From Halocafeteria seosinensis (Eukaryota): a stretch of DNA of 38,438 bases. The stretch spans positions 1 through 38,438 of the forward strand of contig LVLI01000042.1 in assembly GCA_001687465.1 (NCBI GenBank), in the 5' to 3' direction. Position 1 is the first letter of the stretch. Each line of letters starts with the position of its first letter. The translations under genes were made by a program, and so were the position numbers. The notes under the pieces were generated by a model, which made no database searches, was not told where the DNA came from, and saw nothing but the letters and a program-made list of their open reading frames with translations. This document shows, one piece after another, positions 9,654 through 21,458 of the stretch.

Positions 9654-11027
9654 GATACTCGATTCAGCAGCCTTGTCTCACGAGTAAAATCGCAGGCAGT
9701 CTTTGCCCGGCTGGACGCTATGGATGTGCAGGAGAGACGGACCCACAGTGTACTGCTGCATGCCCTGCTGGATATTTTTGTAACACAAGGACTGGTGAGG
9801 GAGAGTACGAGGAGTGCGGCGACGTCTCCCTGTATTGTCCCCGTGGTAGCAAGGCTCCTCGGGAAGTCCCTAAGCGACACTACGCTTCCGGCAAAACGAA
9901 GCAGACTCAAGGCCACGCTCACTTATGTCAACTTGGCCACTACTGCCAAAACTCGGAAATATTTAACTGCCCCGAAGGATACTACGGTGGAGAAAGAGGA
10001 CTGACGGTAGAAACGTGCTCGGGTCCCTGTGATGACGGTTACTATTGCCCAGAAGGCAGCAAATCGCGAAGGCAAAACGAATGTGCTCCCTCAGATGCTC
10101 CTAATGATGAGCGGACTCTGTACTATTGCCGAAATGGGCTCCGAATGACGTGTGACGATGGGTTTACTAGCCCGATCCATGGTAATACAGCTACACGCCC
10201 GCGCTGTCATTCCTGCCCTCATACTCATCGGTGTTTTCAAGGAAGGCGATTCTCTAAAATTTCGTGGAATGACCGTTATTGTAGATTTCATAACCGCAGA
10301 CACACCATGTATGTTCGAGACGTAGATGTAGACTCGAGCCCCGAGTTGATTGGGGAAAGACTATCAGCCGATGTTAGGGTTGCGAACGAGAAGCTGTATT
10401 ATTGGGTGTCGTCCATCGTAGAAAATGGCAGAACTATTAAGGGTGGAAAGTGTCAAGATGATGTTACGGCGGAGTCAACGATATCGATGGTGACACTTGT
10501 TGATCAAGGTAATACGTTTGGCGAGGGAAACGGAGAGATCCAGCAGTATGATGGAAGGCTCAAGATCAACAACAGATCCACTCTGCGCTTTGCCCAGTGT
10601 GGGCGTTATGATGTACACGTTGGTCTTACTGTGGTTGAGTCTAACGTAAACGAATCGGTTCCGGGTGTGCGCGCTGAGTTAACCGAGAAGTGCAATTTCG
10701 AGATGGTGGTAGAGTTTGCTAACTCCCTTCCGCAAAAAGTTGACGGGGATATCGAAGTCCCCGAAAAGATGGAAGTTTTCCGAGGAACTGGCGTGATGGA
10801 ATCTTTTGGAGACTCTCTTGCTCCCAAATTTGATGACCCCGATGGGCAAGAGCTCATGTTTATGCTATCTGAAACAGACGGAGGGGGTAACGATGTCGAG
10901 CACGACCATCCGTTTACAATTGGTTCCTGTAGCGGACAGATGAAAGTCCGTGACCCGACCATGCTGATCAAACTGGACGAGACACGGGTTACCTTTATAT
11001 TATGGTAACTGATAATGCTCCTGACAG
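9654..11027 (+). pseudogene. Promoterless internal fragment of the plus-strand cadherin/TIG gene (late Cys-rich repeats to first cadherin-like repeat)
   Basis: Colinear, highly similar copy of 22403-23774. No signal exon. The frame is open from ~9680 until a 1-nt deletion at ~10992. ORF 10145..11008 is part of it. Confidence 0.92.
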
Positions 11028-11362
11028 CTACACATTTGTACAGATCTTACGAGTGTGCAGAATAACGTGTCCCGTCATGCGGGCTGACGGATATATCATC
11101 ATTATGCAGCGTCACTTTGATGTCATTTCGCGCAGCACTAGGAGATTCAGCAGTAGCACGGCGGTCCCGTTGTTTCACTCCGACGATGACAGACACGCTC
11201 ACACACCCAGCAACCGCTCCTGAGACAGTTTTCCCTCTTACTTCACCGGACCCATTGCAGTCACTTGAAGATGATTCTTCATGCTCATGTGGTTGCAAAC
11301 TTGTTGAGTCTCGCAGCGGGCCCCTCCTTGCTTAACACGGGCGCATACAGATCAGGGTAAGG

Positions 11363-14300
11363 TCAGGTTGTCGGGTCGAACGAAAATAGTACAGGCTGGC
11401 TGTAACCACCGGAATCTTCCGACCAACCAGCGGGAGCGACTAGCACTTCCACATTTTCGCCAAAGCCTTTGGGAAGACGAAATACAATCTCGGAATGGCT
11501 GTAGCCTACAGGCTCATACATGTCCCCATCAAACTGTACTTTCCCCTTCACACCGAAGTTCTCACCGCGAAGTGTAAGGTTGACAGGGTATCCGTCGAAG
11601 GTTGTCCCACTGGTTGGACCCGTAAGTGGCGATAGAGAGTGTACAGTTGGCTCTTTATACCGAACAGAGTCTGTGCTAGTTTCCTGATCGTCAACAATGA
11701 CCGTAATAGCCACTTCATCTCCTTGCCCTTCAGGCGCCTTACATTCAATGTACGTGTGGTTGGAACTGATGTTGGCACACTCACGCGGAGTGTCGAATGC
11801 AGACATATCGAACAAGACAGTGATGTTAGGAGAGTAGTAAGGTTCATCGGCAAACCCACCGCTTGGAGGACCCAAATTATTTCCGTAAATATAAAGCCGG
11901 TCTTCCTCGGAAGTGTCCGTCGGAAACACTTTGGGTGTGACTGTTTCGATACTAGGAGGCGTGTACCGGTATGAAAAGAATGCGGTATACTCTCCAATGG
12001 ATACTTGTGCTTCTCGGACTGTCTCTTCAGATCCACCGGCGCCAGAGGGAATCCGAAAATCCAATCGTTCGTGATCATGGTACAAAGGTTTCAACGTTCC
12101 GAGGACATTCGGGAATCGTATTTCAGCGTCAAGATCAAAGTCCGAAGTCCCAGAGTTAAAGCCTCTGAGGGTGACGATACCGCCAGTAGTTGAAGTCCTA
12201 TCGTCTGCGTCAACTGCTGGTATGGGCACCTCTAGTACGGGCGTTTCTCGTTTTGGGGTAATCCAGTTATTCCATCCAGTATCCTTGAAAAGCAGTCTGT
12301 TAAACGAATCTGCCGTGCTTGATGAGTTAATTGCCACAAAGCAGGGTTCTTGACCACGGTAGTGGACAGTGGCATCTGAACGCGGAACCTCTTTCCCTTG
12401 GACCGAAACTGAGACGGGAAGTTCTTTCCCCACATATGAGGAGGCGTAGAACAAGAAATGTTCCCAAACGAGGTCCCCGTTTGGTTATTGACAACAACAC
12501 TAGTTACCTCTAAGTTGGTACATGGTTTGCCGCCGATAGTCACCACAACCTGTTCGGGGTTAGTCATGTGAATCCCTCGGATTTCCTTTATATCAAACAG
12601 ACGAAATTTCTCACCATCTCTGGTTGCAAAATTATTGAGCCGCACTCTATCGACTTAGGGATTTCAGGAAGTATCTAAGGAAGCGGTTCTCTGAAGGAAT
12701 GCTTACTTGTCCGAACGGGTTGGTCAAGGACTTGCACTTGGACTGTTCCTGTAGGGAACTCTCTTTGAGTCCTACTCAGACGATCTATGTCCAATACTTT
12801 ATGAATTTCGTCATGGAAATATTGGTCCGCTGGTACGTTGATTGGTTCTTCAAAATTGTCAACGTAGAGACGTCCACAGCACGTCGCGTCATCGCAAGAG
12901 CTTCCTCCACACAAATTGCTTCCAAAAATAGTCAGTTTAACTTTGTCTCCTTCAACGATTGACGCAGATATCGCTTGAATAGTGGGAGGGGCATAATCGA
13001 ATCTCATTGGCAGGGAATATGTGCTACCCACCCTGAGGAAAACAGCACGGTTTGTACCAAATCCAGAAGGCAGTGACACCCGAATCGTCTGATCAACGGT
13101 TGGAGACCCTCCTTGGTACTCGATTTCCTCCACACTAATATCGACAAATGAAACATCTTTGAGCCATTCCTGAAGAGCATCGGGAGGAAAGCCCAATGCT
13201 TCCGCGTTTTCAAGCCATGATGAAGGGTTCTCCTGCTGTTCGGTGAGAACTTTGGTGAGCACGTTGTCATCAATGTCAACCCTCCCTTCATCCTGTAGTC
13301 GCCGTAAATGGCCGTGACTATCCATCATCAGTCTAATAGGAATGGTTTCAACCAGGTTCGCGCCAAGATTCGTTCCGGTGATTGTCAACGTAGGCATCAA
13401 CCGATCAGTTTTATCGAAACCTGTTGGACCGTGAGTCGGATTGATGCTTGATATCACTGGAGGAGCGTACGAGGTGCAAGCAACACTAAAATCACTTTTC
13501 TGCCCTGCAATAACCACAATCCACGTATGCTGTTGCCCATGACCCGGAGGAGTCGCGCAGCGAATCCGTTCATGAGAAAGAACACTGCAGCCAATTCCTT
13601 CATATGTAGTCCCCTCGGGTCCATATGTCACAGATTCGAGAAATCGATCTGATGACTCCGGTGGGCCAAAATTCTCACCGACAATGTCGATCAATTCTCC
13701 ACCAAGTGTGCATAATCGTTGCGGATCAGACCCACTAACGCCTTGAAAATGATCGATGATTGGTTCCTCGTACGACGTCGTGGAGACTTCCGAGCTTTGG
13801 CCACCAATTCGAACTGTCCAAAAATGGCCCGCTCCCGCTCCTAGATCAGTGGTACACTCCATCTCATTGTGACCACGGACTTTACATCCCCGTGCTTCGA
13901 AAGTGAAGTTACCTTCGCCATACGTGACTTCGTCGGCCGATTGGCCCTCAGGTCCAAAGTAGCGACCGCGTATAATGATAAGTTCACCACCAGGAGTCTC
14001 CAAATCTGTAACCCCGATTTCGCTGCTGTTCGCACGAGTGTATGTAGCTACGATTGGAGCATGGTAGTTACTGACACCTGTCAGCTGATTCGAGGTTTGG
14101 TTACCCATGTTTCCGATCCACGAATGATTTTTTCCAACCCCTTCAACAGTACTACACTCTATTCTAGTATGGGGATCGACAACATGACAATCGGAGGCGG
14201 TATACTCAAGACTCTCGCCATAGTAGACCGATATTCCAACTTCATTTTGAGTGCCGACGCCGGGTCCGAAGTTCGTCCCATGTAAGAACACCAGCTCGTC

Positions 14301-17300
14301 ACCCCTCGTGTTTAAATCGCGGGGAGGTCTCCCTACTACATCAAGTACACTTTCTACTACTGGCTTGTCGTATGATATCGCTTCACTCTTTGGGCTGCGA
14401 CCCGAGAGCTGTCCTGCAACTGTGACTTGGAAGTCGAAGTGTTCACCAAAACCTTCAGGCAAACTGCACATCAATACTGTATGGTTTTCACGAGCACATT
14501 CGGGCATCCATTCTATCCATCCGTTCTTTAGGGTGGCAAATATTAAATCGTTTGACGGTCCAAAATTAGTGCCTCGTACACGAAGAGCATTAGGCAAACC
14601 CGTTGTTGGGAGTACTTCCGACAGTATTGCAACTGTCTCAACGCTGGGTATGGAATATCCGGCATCCGCTGGCTTTGCCGTCTCTGACATCTGTTCCCAG
14701 TCAGGGTCGAGATATGCAGTGACAACTCTAAATTCCAAATTCGCCCCGCCACCTTCTGCAGTACGGCAATGAACCACCTCATCACCATCACCAACAACCT
14801 CACAATCCTGTGCACGTAGCACTCCCACCTGCGCATCACTTCTACTCCAATATTCGACCACAACAGGATTCGATATAAGTGCTCGGTCAATGGATGGAAT
14901 TTGTACTGGTCCGAAGTTTTGGCCCCTCAGCCGGAATTCTTGGCCACCAGAAGTGTCAGCAGGTTCAGGCCAATCTTCGATGCTATTGACAGCTGGTGGT
15001 TGGAAATGAGTCGTAAAAGGAGCCATGCGAGAATCTTGATCAACTTGTAAGGTCCACATAAGTCCTGTACCGACACCAGGGGGCACCGCACATTCTACCA
15101 TGTTGTTATTCCATTGATTGTCCAGGCGAGTACGGATACACTGACTCTGCAACACCATATGCCCTCCGGGGGAAGTGATCGTGGCACTTATCGATGCAGC
15201 ACGCCATACAGGACCAAGGTCACTTCCTAGGACTTTTACCTTTGAGCCACCCATCGTCGCATGTGGATTAAACCGTGCATTTCCGATACTCAGGTCATTG
15301 ACATTATTCACCACCAATGTGACGTTCGCATCATCGTATAGGTTGCCAACGTCGGTAAGACGGATAGTAAGCCGATGGAACCACGTTTCTTCATAATTGA
15401 GGTTCGATCCTTCAATCATTCGCAATTCATTCGATACGAACCGGAACATCCCCGGCGAATCCGTCCAAATGATTGACAGAGAGTAGCTGTGCTCAAGATA
15501 TCTATCCGTAAAGGGGAAGTCCTCGAGACTTGCAATAACATCCTCACTCGTAATACTTTCGAGAGCATCTACTTCGTATTTTGACTGATTGAATTTCGGG
15601 GGCGTGTTAACAAACTCCACTGCAATATTAATGACAAGCTGATCTGCCAGGTCCTCTTGATCCTCCACTTTCAATGTGAGGTCGTAGGAGGACTTTCGGA
15701 AATAGTTAAGTTCCTCTGAAATGGTTAAGTTGACCTTGCCAGTGTGGCCTTGGTCGACAAATACCGGTTGTGCAAGAGCAAATGGCAAACAGTCATCCGT
15801 TTCGGCTTCGACAATGCTGAAGCTTAGTTCCTTCTGGCTATCACGATCCTGGTCATAGGCTACTAGCTCTTTGACAGCAGACCCAACGTTGGCGGTTTCT
15901 TTAACATTCAACGATATCTGCTGGTTTCCCATCATAAACTGAGGTTGCTCGGGGACGTTCTCGACCATTATCTCAAGCTTACCCGTGTAGCTGGCCTGCT
16001 TGGCAAAAGCATCCATACAAATTATTTCGAATTTTGCCACATGGGTACCATTTTGCACCAGTGCCTCGTAGTCGAGCAGACGGGGATCGTCGACCGTCAA
16101 CCGTCCGCTGTGACGATTGAAGCGGAAGACGGCATCGAAAATATACGGCTCCACCGAAATCAGCTGATACTGGACACCTCGCCGATTCGGATCAGTGCAG
16201 AGAGGGTTGAAATCCTTATACAAACCTTCATAGTTTTCGGGAATCGGTTGGTTAACATTTCGCTATTTTTAAACGCTGAAGGCTCCTTCCAAACGGGTGG
16301 TATCGGGTCGTTAGTGACTTCGATGAAATGCGTTCCATTGACACGATGGCCATAACTGTCTACAGCTCTTACGATAAATGAATACCATGTGCCAATATCC
16401 GAGTCCTGGAAATCCACAGGAGTTGCCGGAGAGATCAGCAGTCGACCTCCATCGCGCAGCAAGAGCGAGAAGGGCGCGGCATCTCTGCTGGACAACTCCT
16501 TGGGTCCTTCGATCAGAGACACTTGCACCAAATCACCAATATCTTCCGTTGCTGCATCAATAGTTCCGAGAGTATCACCACCGGAAGAAAACACGTTCAC
16601 CGTAAAATTCTGGTGCGGCGGGGTGAAGTATGGAGCTTCCGGTACGTCTGTGACTGTGATATACAGTGTGAAATCGGATGACATATTGTGAACAATATCA
16701 TGAGCAGTAAACTCGAGCGGTAGCACGGCTTGTTTGCTTTGGGAGTCATACAGGCTTTCGTAATCGGGAACGTGGCCAGATGCAATAGACACGTTCCCTT
16801 GCTCACTCAAAGTTAGTTTGCTCATTAAATTTCCTTGTTCAAAGCGGTACTGAGAAGGAGCGGTAGCGAATCTTTTCTCCGTACCGGAAAGTACATCTGG
16901 GTCAGTTAGACGAATACTTCCTAGGACGCCATCGTTCGCAGTGGTATGTTCCTTGACCTGGATGTTGTTTGCTGAAGCATCCAACGTTGGAGCTTCCGCA
17001 ACATCGATAATATGCACGGTGAAGTTCTCTTCCCTAGTCCCTGATGAGATGCCAGTATTTTCAACATTTACGAGCAAATATACAGTTTGAATAGTTTCGT
17101 AGTCCAACGCTTGGTTGAGAGTGAGCAAGCCGCCGCTACTAAGAGAAAATTGGTCAGCAGCATCACTAGCGTCAGCGTTGAGGTCAAAGAATCGTGAATT
17201 CCCTTCTCTGTCACAGAAGTAGGAGGAAAGATCAGTTATTGTAGTTTGCTGGTGATTTTCCTCCACAGTAAGTTTACCATCAGGCGGAGTGAATCTAGGT

Positions 17301-20300
17301 TCTTCGTTTACCAACTCAATCCACAACCTTATTTGCGCAGGCTTGGATACAGTTGGCCCAGGCATATTTTCGGCTCTTTCTATAGCTCTGGCAGTAACAG
17401 TGATATCAATCCACAAGTCATGCTCTGTGCAGTTGCCACATGGAGGGTCCACACAGATAATAGAATTGAAAGAGGCGGTAAATACGGTAATTTCACCCTC
17501 AGAAGAGACAGCAATACGATTTTCGCCCTCTCCCAAGTTGTTGGTTGCCTCTATCAAGTCATATTCAAACTTCGTTCCATGCCTGTCTTCGGCTTCCAGG
17601 GTACCGATTACGCCCCCCGGGCCCACAGTTTCCTTGAATGTAAACTCTGAACTAATCACTCTTGGGGCTAATCTCAACAGTTGAATCCGTAAATCTAAGA
17701 GAGCCTGTACGGCATCTGCGGACCGGTCAGTGTACTCGACGCGAACAAAGCGTGCCATTTTTGTGGGATCGTCAGAGGAGAGATACCGAGGATCTTTCGC
17801 AGTCAGATTTCCATCGGATGTCAAACTGAAGGCGTTGCAGTAGTTTTGCCGAGTACATGGAACGAGTTGTGTAAATATCTGATCGCCATCTGGCTCTGTG
17901 ACGAATTCCGGATGTACAATCGAAGTGATGTTTTCGCCTTCCGGGTCTTGTGTCGTAAGAACAGGTGTTCCTGGATCCGCCCGTTCGACCACGGATAAGA
18001 CAGGAGGAACCTCAGCAGGACTAGGAGGCCTATTGGGTTGTACAACCTCGACTCGAACCTCTTGAACTACCTCCCCCGGGTCATCAGGGAAGTTATCCGA
18101 GACAAGAACGTACACCGTGTACATATCCTGAGAGGACTCCCCCAAGGAGATAGGCTCACTGACTTTTAACTGACCTGTACACGGCCCCACCGTGAACGGG
18201 TGATCCTGCTCACTGGTATTCCCTTCAGGATCTTTTGGGGAAAGAGTGAAAGTCAATTCCTGGCCATCAGGATCATCAAACAGAGGTGCCAGAGGGTCCC
18301 CCACTGCTTCATCCCATGAAGATATCCTAAAAGCTTTACATCTTTCTGGCTCGTCGATATTTCCTTCCACCTTGTTTGGTTTGGAGTTCATAAATTCCAC
18401 CACCATTTCGAAAGAACAAACCGCTGTGACGATTGCACTTCCATTTTCCGATGGATCTATCCCTGATTCAACGACTGTTAGTTTAACACAAACGTTATAC
18501 CGTCCACAGTCGGCAAATCGTAACGTAGATCCGTTTCCTACCTTCAGCATTGTATCAGCTTGAGGTATGTTGTCAAATCTACCATTGTGGTCGTTATCTG
18601 GCAATGTTGTTGCGACGACAGGGGAGTTAGCTGTTACATCAGCCTCGCACTTACCCTCGTCGAGGCTTCTTCCATTTTCCACAATGGACGAGACTTCGTA
18701 CGTTGCTTGTTCGTATGGCACTCGAATTTCTGTAGAAAGCTTTTCCCCTATAATCTCTGGAGCTTCGCTCCCTTTGACTTCCTTAACGTACATTGTATTC
18801 CTCGTATTGTAATGCTTGCAAAATTCATCATCCCACACAATTTTATTCAGTTGTTGCCCACGGAAGCAGCGAGAATCATGAGGACATTCGCGACAGCCTG
18901 TACGCGTCTTCTTGCTTTGGTGAAGTGGCACGGTATACCCATCGGTACACTCCTTGCGGAAGCCGCCTTGGCAGTAGTACAAAGGTTCACCATTTTCAGG
19001 CACTCCGCATACCAATTCTAGGGAAGAAATACTACCAGCAGGACATCTGTAGCCATCGTCGCAAACACCTGTACAATGTTCAGAAGTCATTCCTCGTTCA
19101 TCCCCATATCTTCCTGTTGGACAGTCATCTCTCTCAGAATCTTGACAGTACGACCCGAGAGGACACAAAGGTGCGTGGACTTGATTTGGCACTGAGCCCG
19201 TGGCGTAATGCCCTTCAGGGACGTTCCGTGGCTCAGCACTGCCCCGGGGGCAGTGCACAGTGTAATCACCGCAATCTTCCCACATATCTTTCCCAGTCCC
19301 TGCTTTGCAAACAAATCCTGGGGGGCATAAGTCTGTGCAAGCGCTGTGGGTCTCCCCTGTTCGTCCATATCGCCCTGGGGGGCATTTTTCACCCGCCGCC
19401 TTGCTAGTTAGTCCCCTCTCTGTGGAGAACCTTCCTGCAGCAATAGGACCCTCACACCTCCAACTGGAGGAGCCAGGCTTGGACGCATAACGGCCCATCG
19501 GACATTCAGTTTGTCTCCGAGCCCCCCGATTTGCATAGTGTCCTTGCTCCGCTTGGTAACAGAAGTCTTTTTCCCCGTCGGGCTGATAGTACCCACCTGG
19601 ACAACGGGGACAGCCACTCCCTCCCGTTGAATCCTGATACCTTCCAGCATTGCATTTCAAACAGGACGTGGATCCTGCTCGATTGGCGAACCTGCCTTTA
19701 GCACATGCAATGCAGCTCGACTGCTCCTTCTGATCAGTAAAGTACCCAGAAGGGCATCGTTGACAGTTTTCCCATCCCCTCTTGGAGTAAAATCCCTCCG
19801 TACATACGCTGCATTGGGGCGAGCCCTCAGAGTTTTCAGCTCGTCCAGGTTCGCACTCGTTGCAGCTACTCTTTAGTAGACTATCCTGGTACCGTCCTGC
19901 TGGACATGCTCTACACGAGGTGGCCCCCGGGTCCGAAACTTTGCCCCTGGTACACGTTCTGCATTCTGATGCACCAGGGTCAGGTTGATACTTTCCAACT
20001 GCACACTCGGTGCAACTAGTGGCACTAGTAAGCGTTTCCCTTTGGGGAACGGCATCGTCATTGAACAACCCCGGCTGCAAGACACATATTGGTCGAAGGG
20101 GGGTTAGTTACGCATACTTTATATACTACCGGTATTAATCTATCCCAGGTGGCTGGAATCCAACGTACCTCACAGTCACAGCAGTAGTTGGCGTTGTTGA
20201 CGCCGTGGTCGATCATTTTGGTGCCGACAAAGCAAAAGCAGCACTCTCCATCCACTTCGAGCTCATAGGAGCATCCATCCGGCGGAAATCCTTGTGCGTG

Positions 20301-20384
20301 TGTATAAGGTAATATCATCAAGGTGCAGCCGCCTAGCAGGACGGCGGAAAGGATTAGCCCCATGTCGCTGTAGATCCTGCGCAT
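11363..20384 (-). pseudogene. Disrupted giant secreted Cys-rich repeat / cadherin / IPT-TIG protein (paralog A)
   Basis: Signal exon 20384-20169 and intron 20168-20075 (GTACGT...ACTAAC...TGCAG). C-xx-C-x-x-G-x-Y/F repeats, LDYE/LNYE and DPD/AxDxD cadherin motifs, then GxNFGP TIG repeats. Colinear with paralog B but broken at ~16258 (1-nt loss), 12666-12683 (12-nt insertion with TAG), ~12652 and ~12435 (frameshifts). Homology ends at ~11372. Confidence 0.85.
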
Positions 20385-21458
20385 AGAACATACAAATTTA
20401 CACTATAAAATCTACAACAGATGCGTACTTATGCATGGAACGGCATCCAGGTAGCAATGCGCACACACTTAAATAAACCTAAGCTTAAAGTATAATTCCA
20501 ACCCTCCAGCCGTCAGGCGCAGCACCACCAGCATGCACCCCAAACAAGGAAGCGTGTATGTGTAATATGCATGCCAGAGGGTGCCCAGCGTTCGGATGAA
20601 TGGACGTTCACTATACTACTCACGTTCCTTGGTACGATATCTTCTGGTTTTCTCTTCCGTGGTCCTGTTGTCCGGGTTCCAGTCGGCCTTCTTCCGAACT
20701 CCTTTCTCTACTATTACGTTGCAGACCACAAGACAGAAAAAGAGAACCAGCCATTTTCAAACTTCGCCAGATGGACATGAATGCGTAATGTTAATTGCTC
20801 GGAGCGAATTGCGACTTGTTGCGAGTCGTGGGCGAGTCGTGGCCTGTTCGTCACCGTTCCAGAGCTGGAGCATTTCAGGACAAAGCACGGACATATCATG
20901 GGTGCACACTGTCTCGTACACCACACACATTTACAGATGATGGGTGTCCATCGACAAGCGTACGCCGATGCTCAAGGCCGCATCTTTGTACCTGTTGAAG
21001 CAGCAGGAGGGTTGTCTGGAGGAAATCGGTGATGGCTCCCCTCAGCTCGAGCCTCAATGTTGGGTTTGCGACTACAACACGCGCATGCAGTGACGTCGAG
21101 GATCTTCGGGTCGTTTTCTGTCTCTCTCTATGTACCCCCGCCGAGAGACCTTGCGCTTTTTGTTTCCCCCCCCAAGGTGTGCTGGATTCTTCCTTAGGTG
21201 TTCGTGTTCGCAGGAAGGCAAGCCATCGCCTTAGATCAGGAATCTCTTTCTACCGATTAAACGTCGGGACTCTATGTGTCCCCTGGTTAAACGTGAGTAG
21301 GCGAGGAATGAATGTACATCTCGTGTGGTTGCGCATGTGAGTAAATGAATGGGAGAACCGGGTTGGCTTCCATTGTGTAAAGGGTTTGAGAGTCTTTGTT
21401 TTGCGTGCATCTTGAATGATTGAGCGTCTCATACATGTGCAGAAGGTACACGACGAGG
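20385..21458. promoter_or_regulatory. Shared upstream region of the divergent paralogs
   Basis: 1.07-kb spacer between the two signal-peptide exons. Positional inference only. Confidence 0.45.

Larger units (their letters stand above)
9516..11348 (+). mobile_element. Putative non-autonomous tyrosine-recombinase-type element (Crypton/Ngaro-like ends) carrying a host gene fragment
   Basis: GCATAC direct repeats at 9516-9521 and 11343-11348. Subterminal inverted arms CCTCGTTAAG (9526-9535) and CTTAACACGG (11331-11340). Both ends are found fused at 1-71. No recombinase or RT ORF inside. Confidence 0.6.

Noticed and set aside
12675..12677. Stop-codon readthrough or alternative genetic code
   Set aside because: The TAG lies within a 12-bp insertion absent from the paralog, and intact genes here end in TAG or TGA normally.
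16250..16275. Programmed -1 frameshift at TTTAAAAAT joining ORFs 16160..20080 and 12675..16223
   Set aside because: A -1 slip there runs straight into TAG. One extra A in GAAAT restores the frame, so this is a mutation or a homopolymer sequencing error.
20571..21340. Short ORFs in the spacer between the paralogs, with some protein-like minus-strand text
   Set aside because: Interrupted by stops, no recognisable domain; cannot be supported as a gene or transposon relic.
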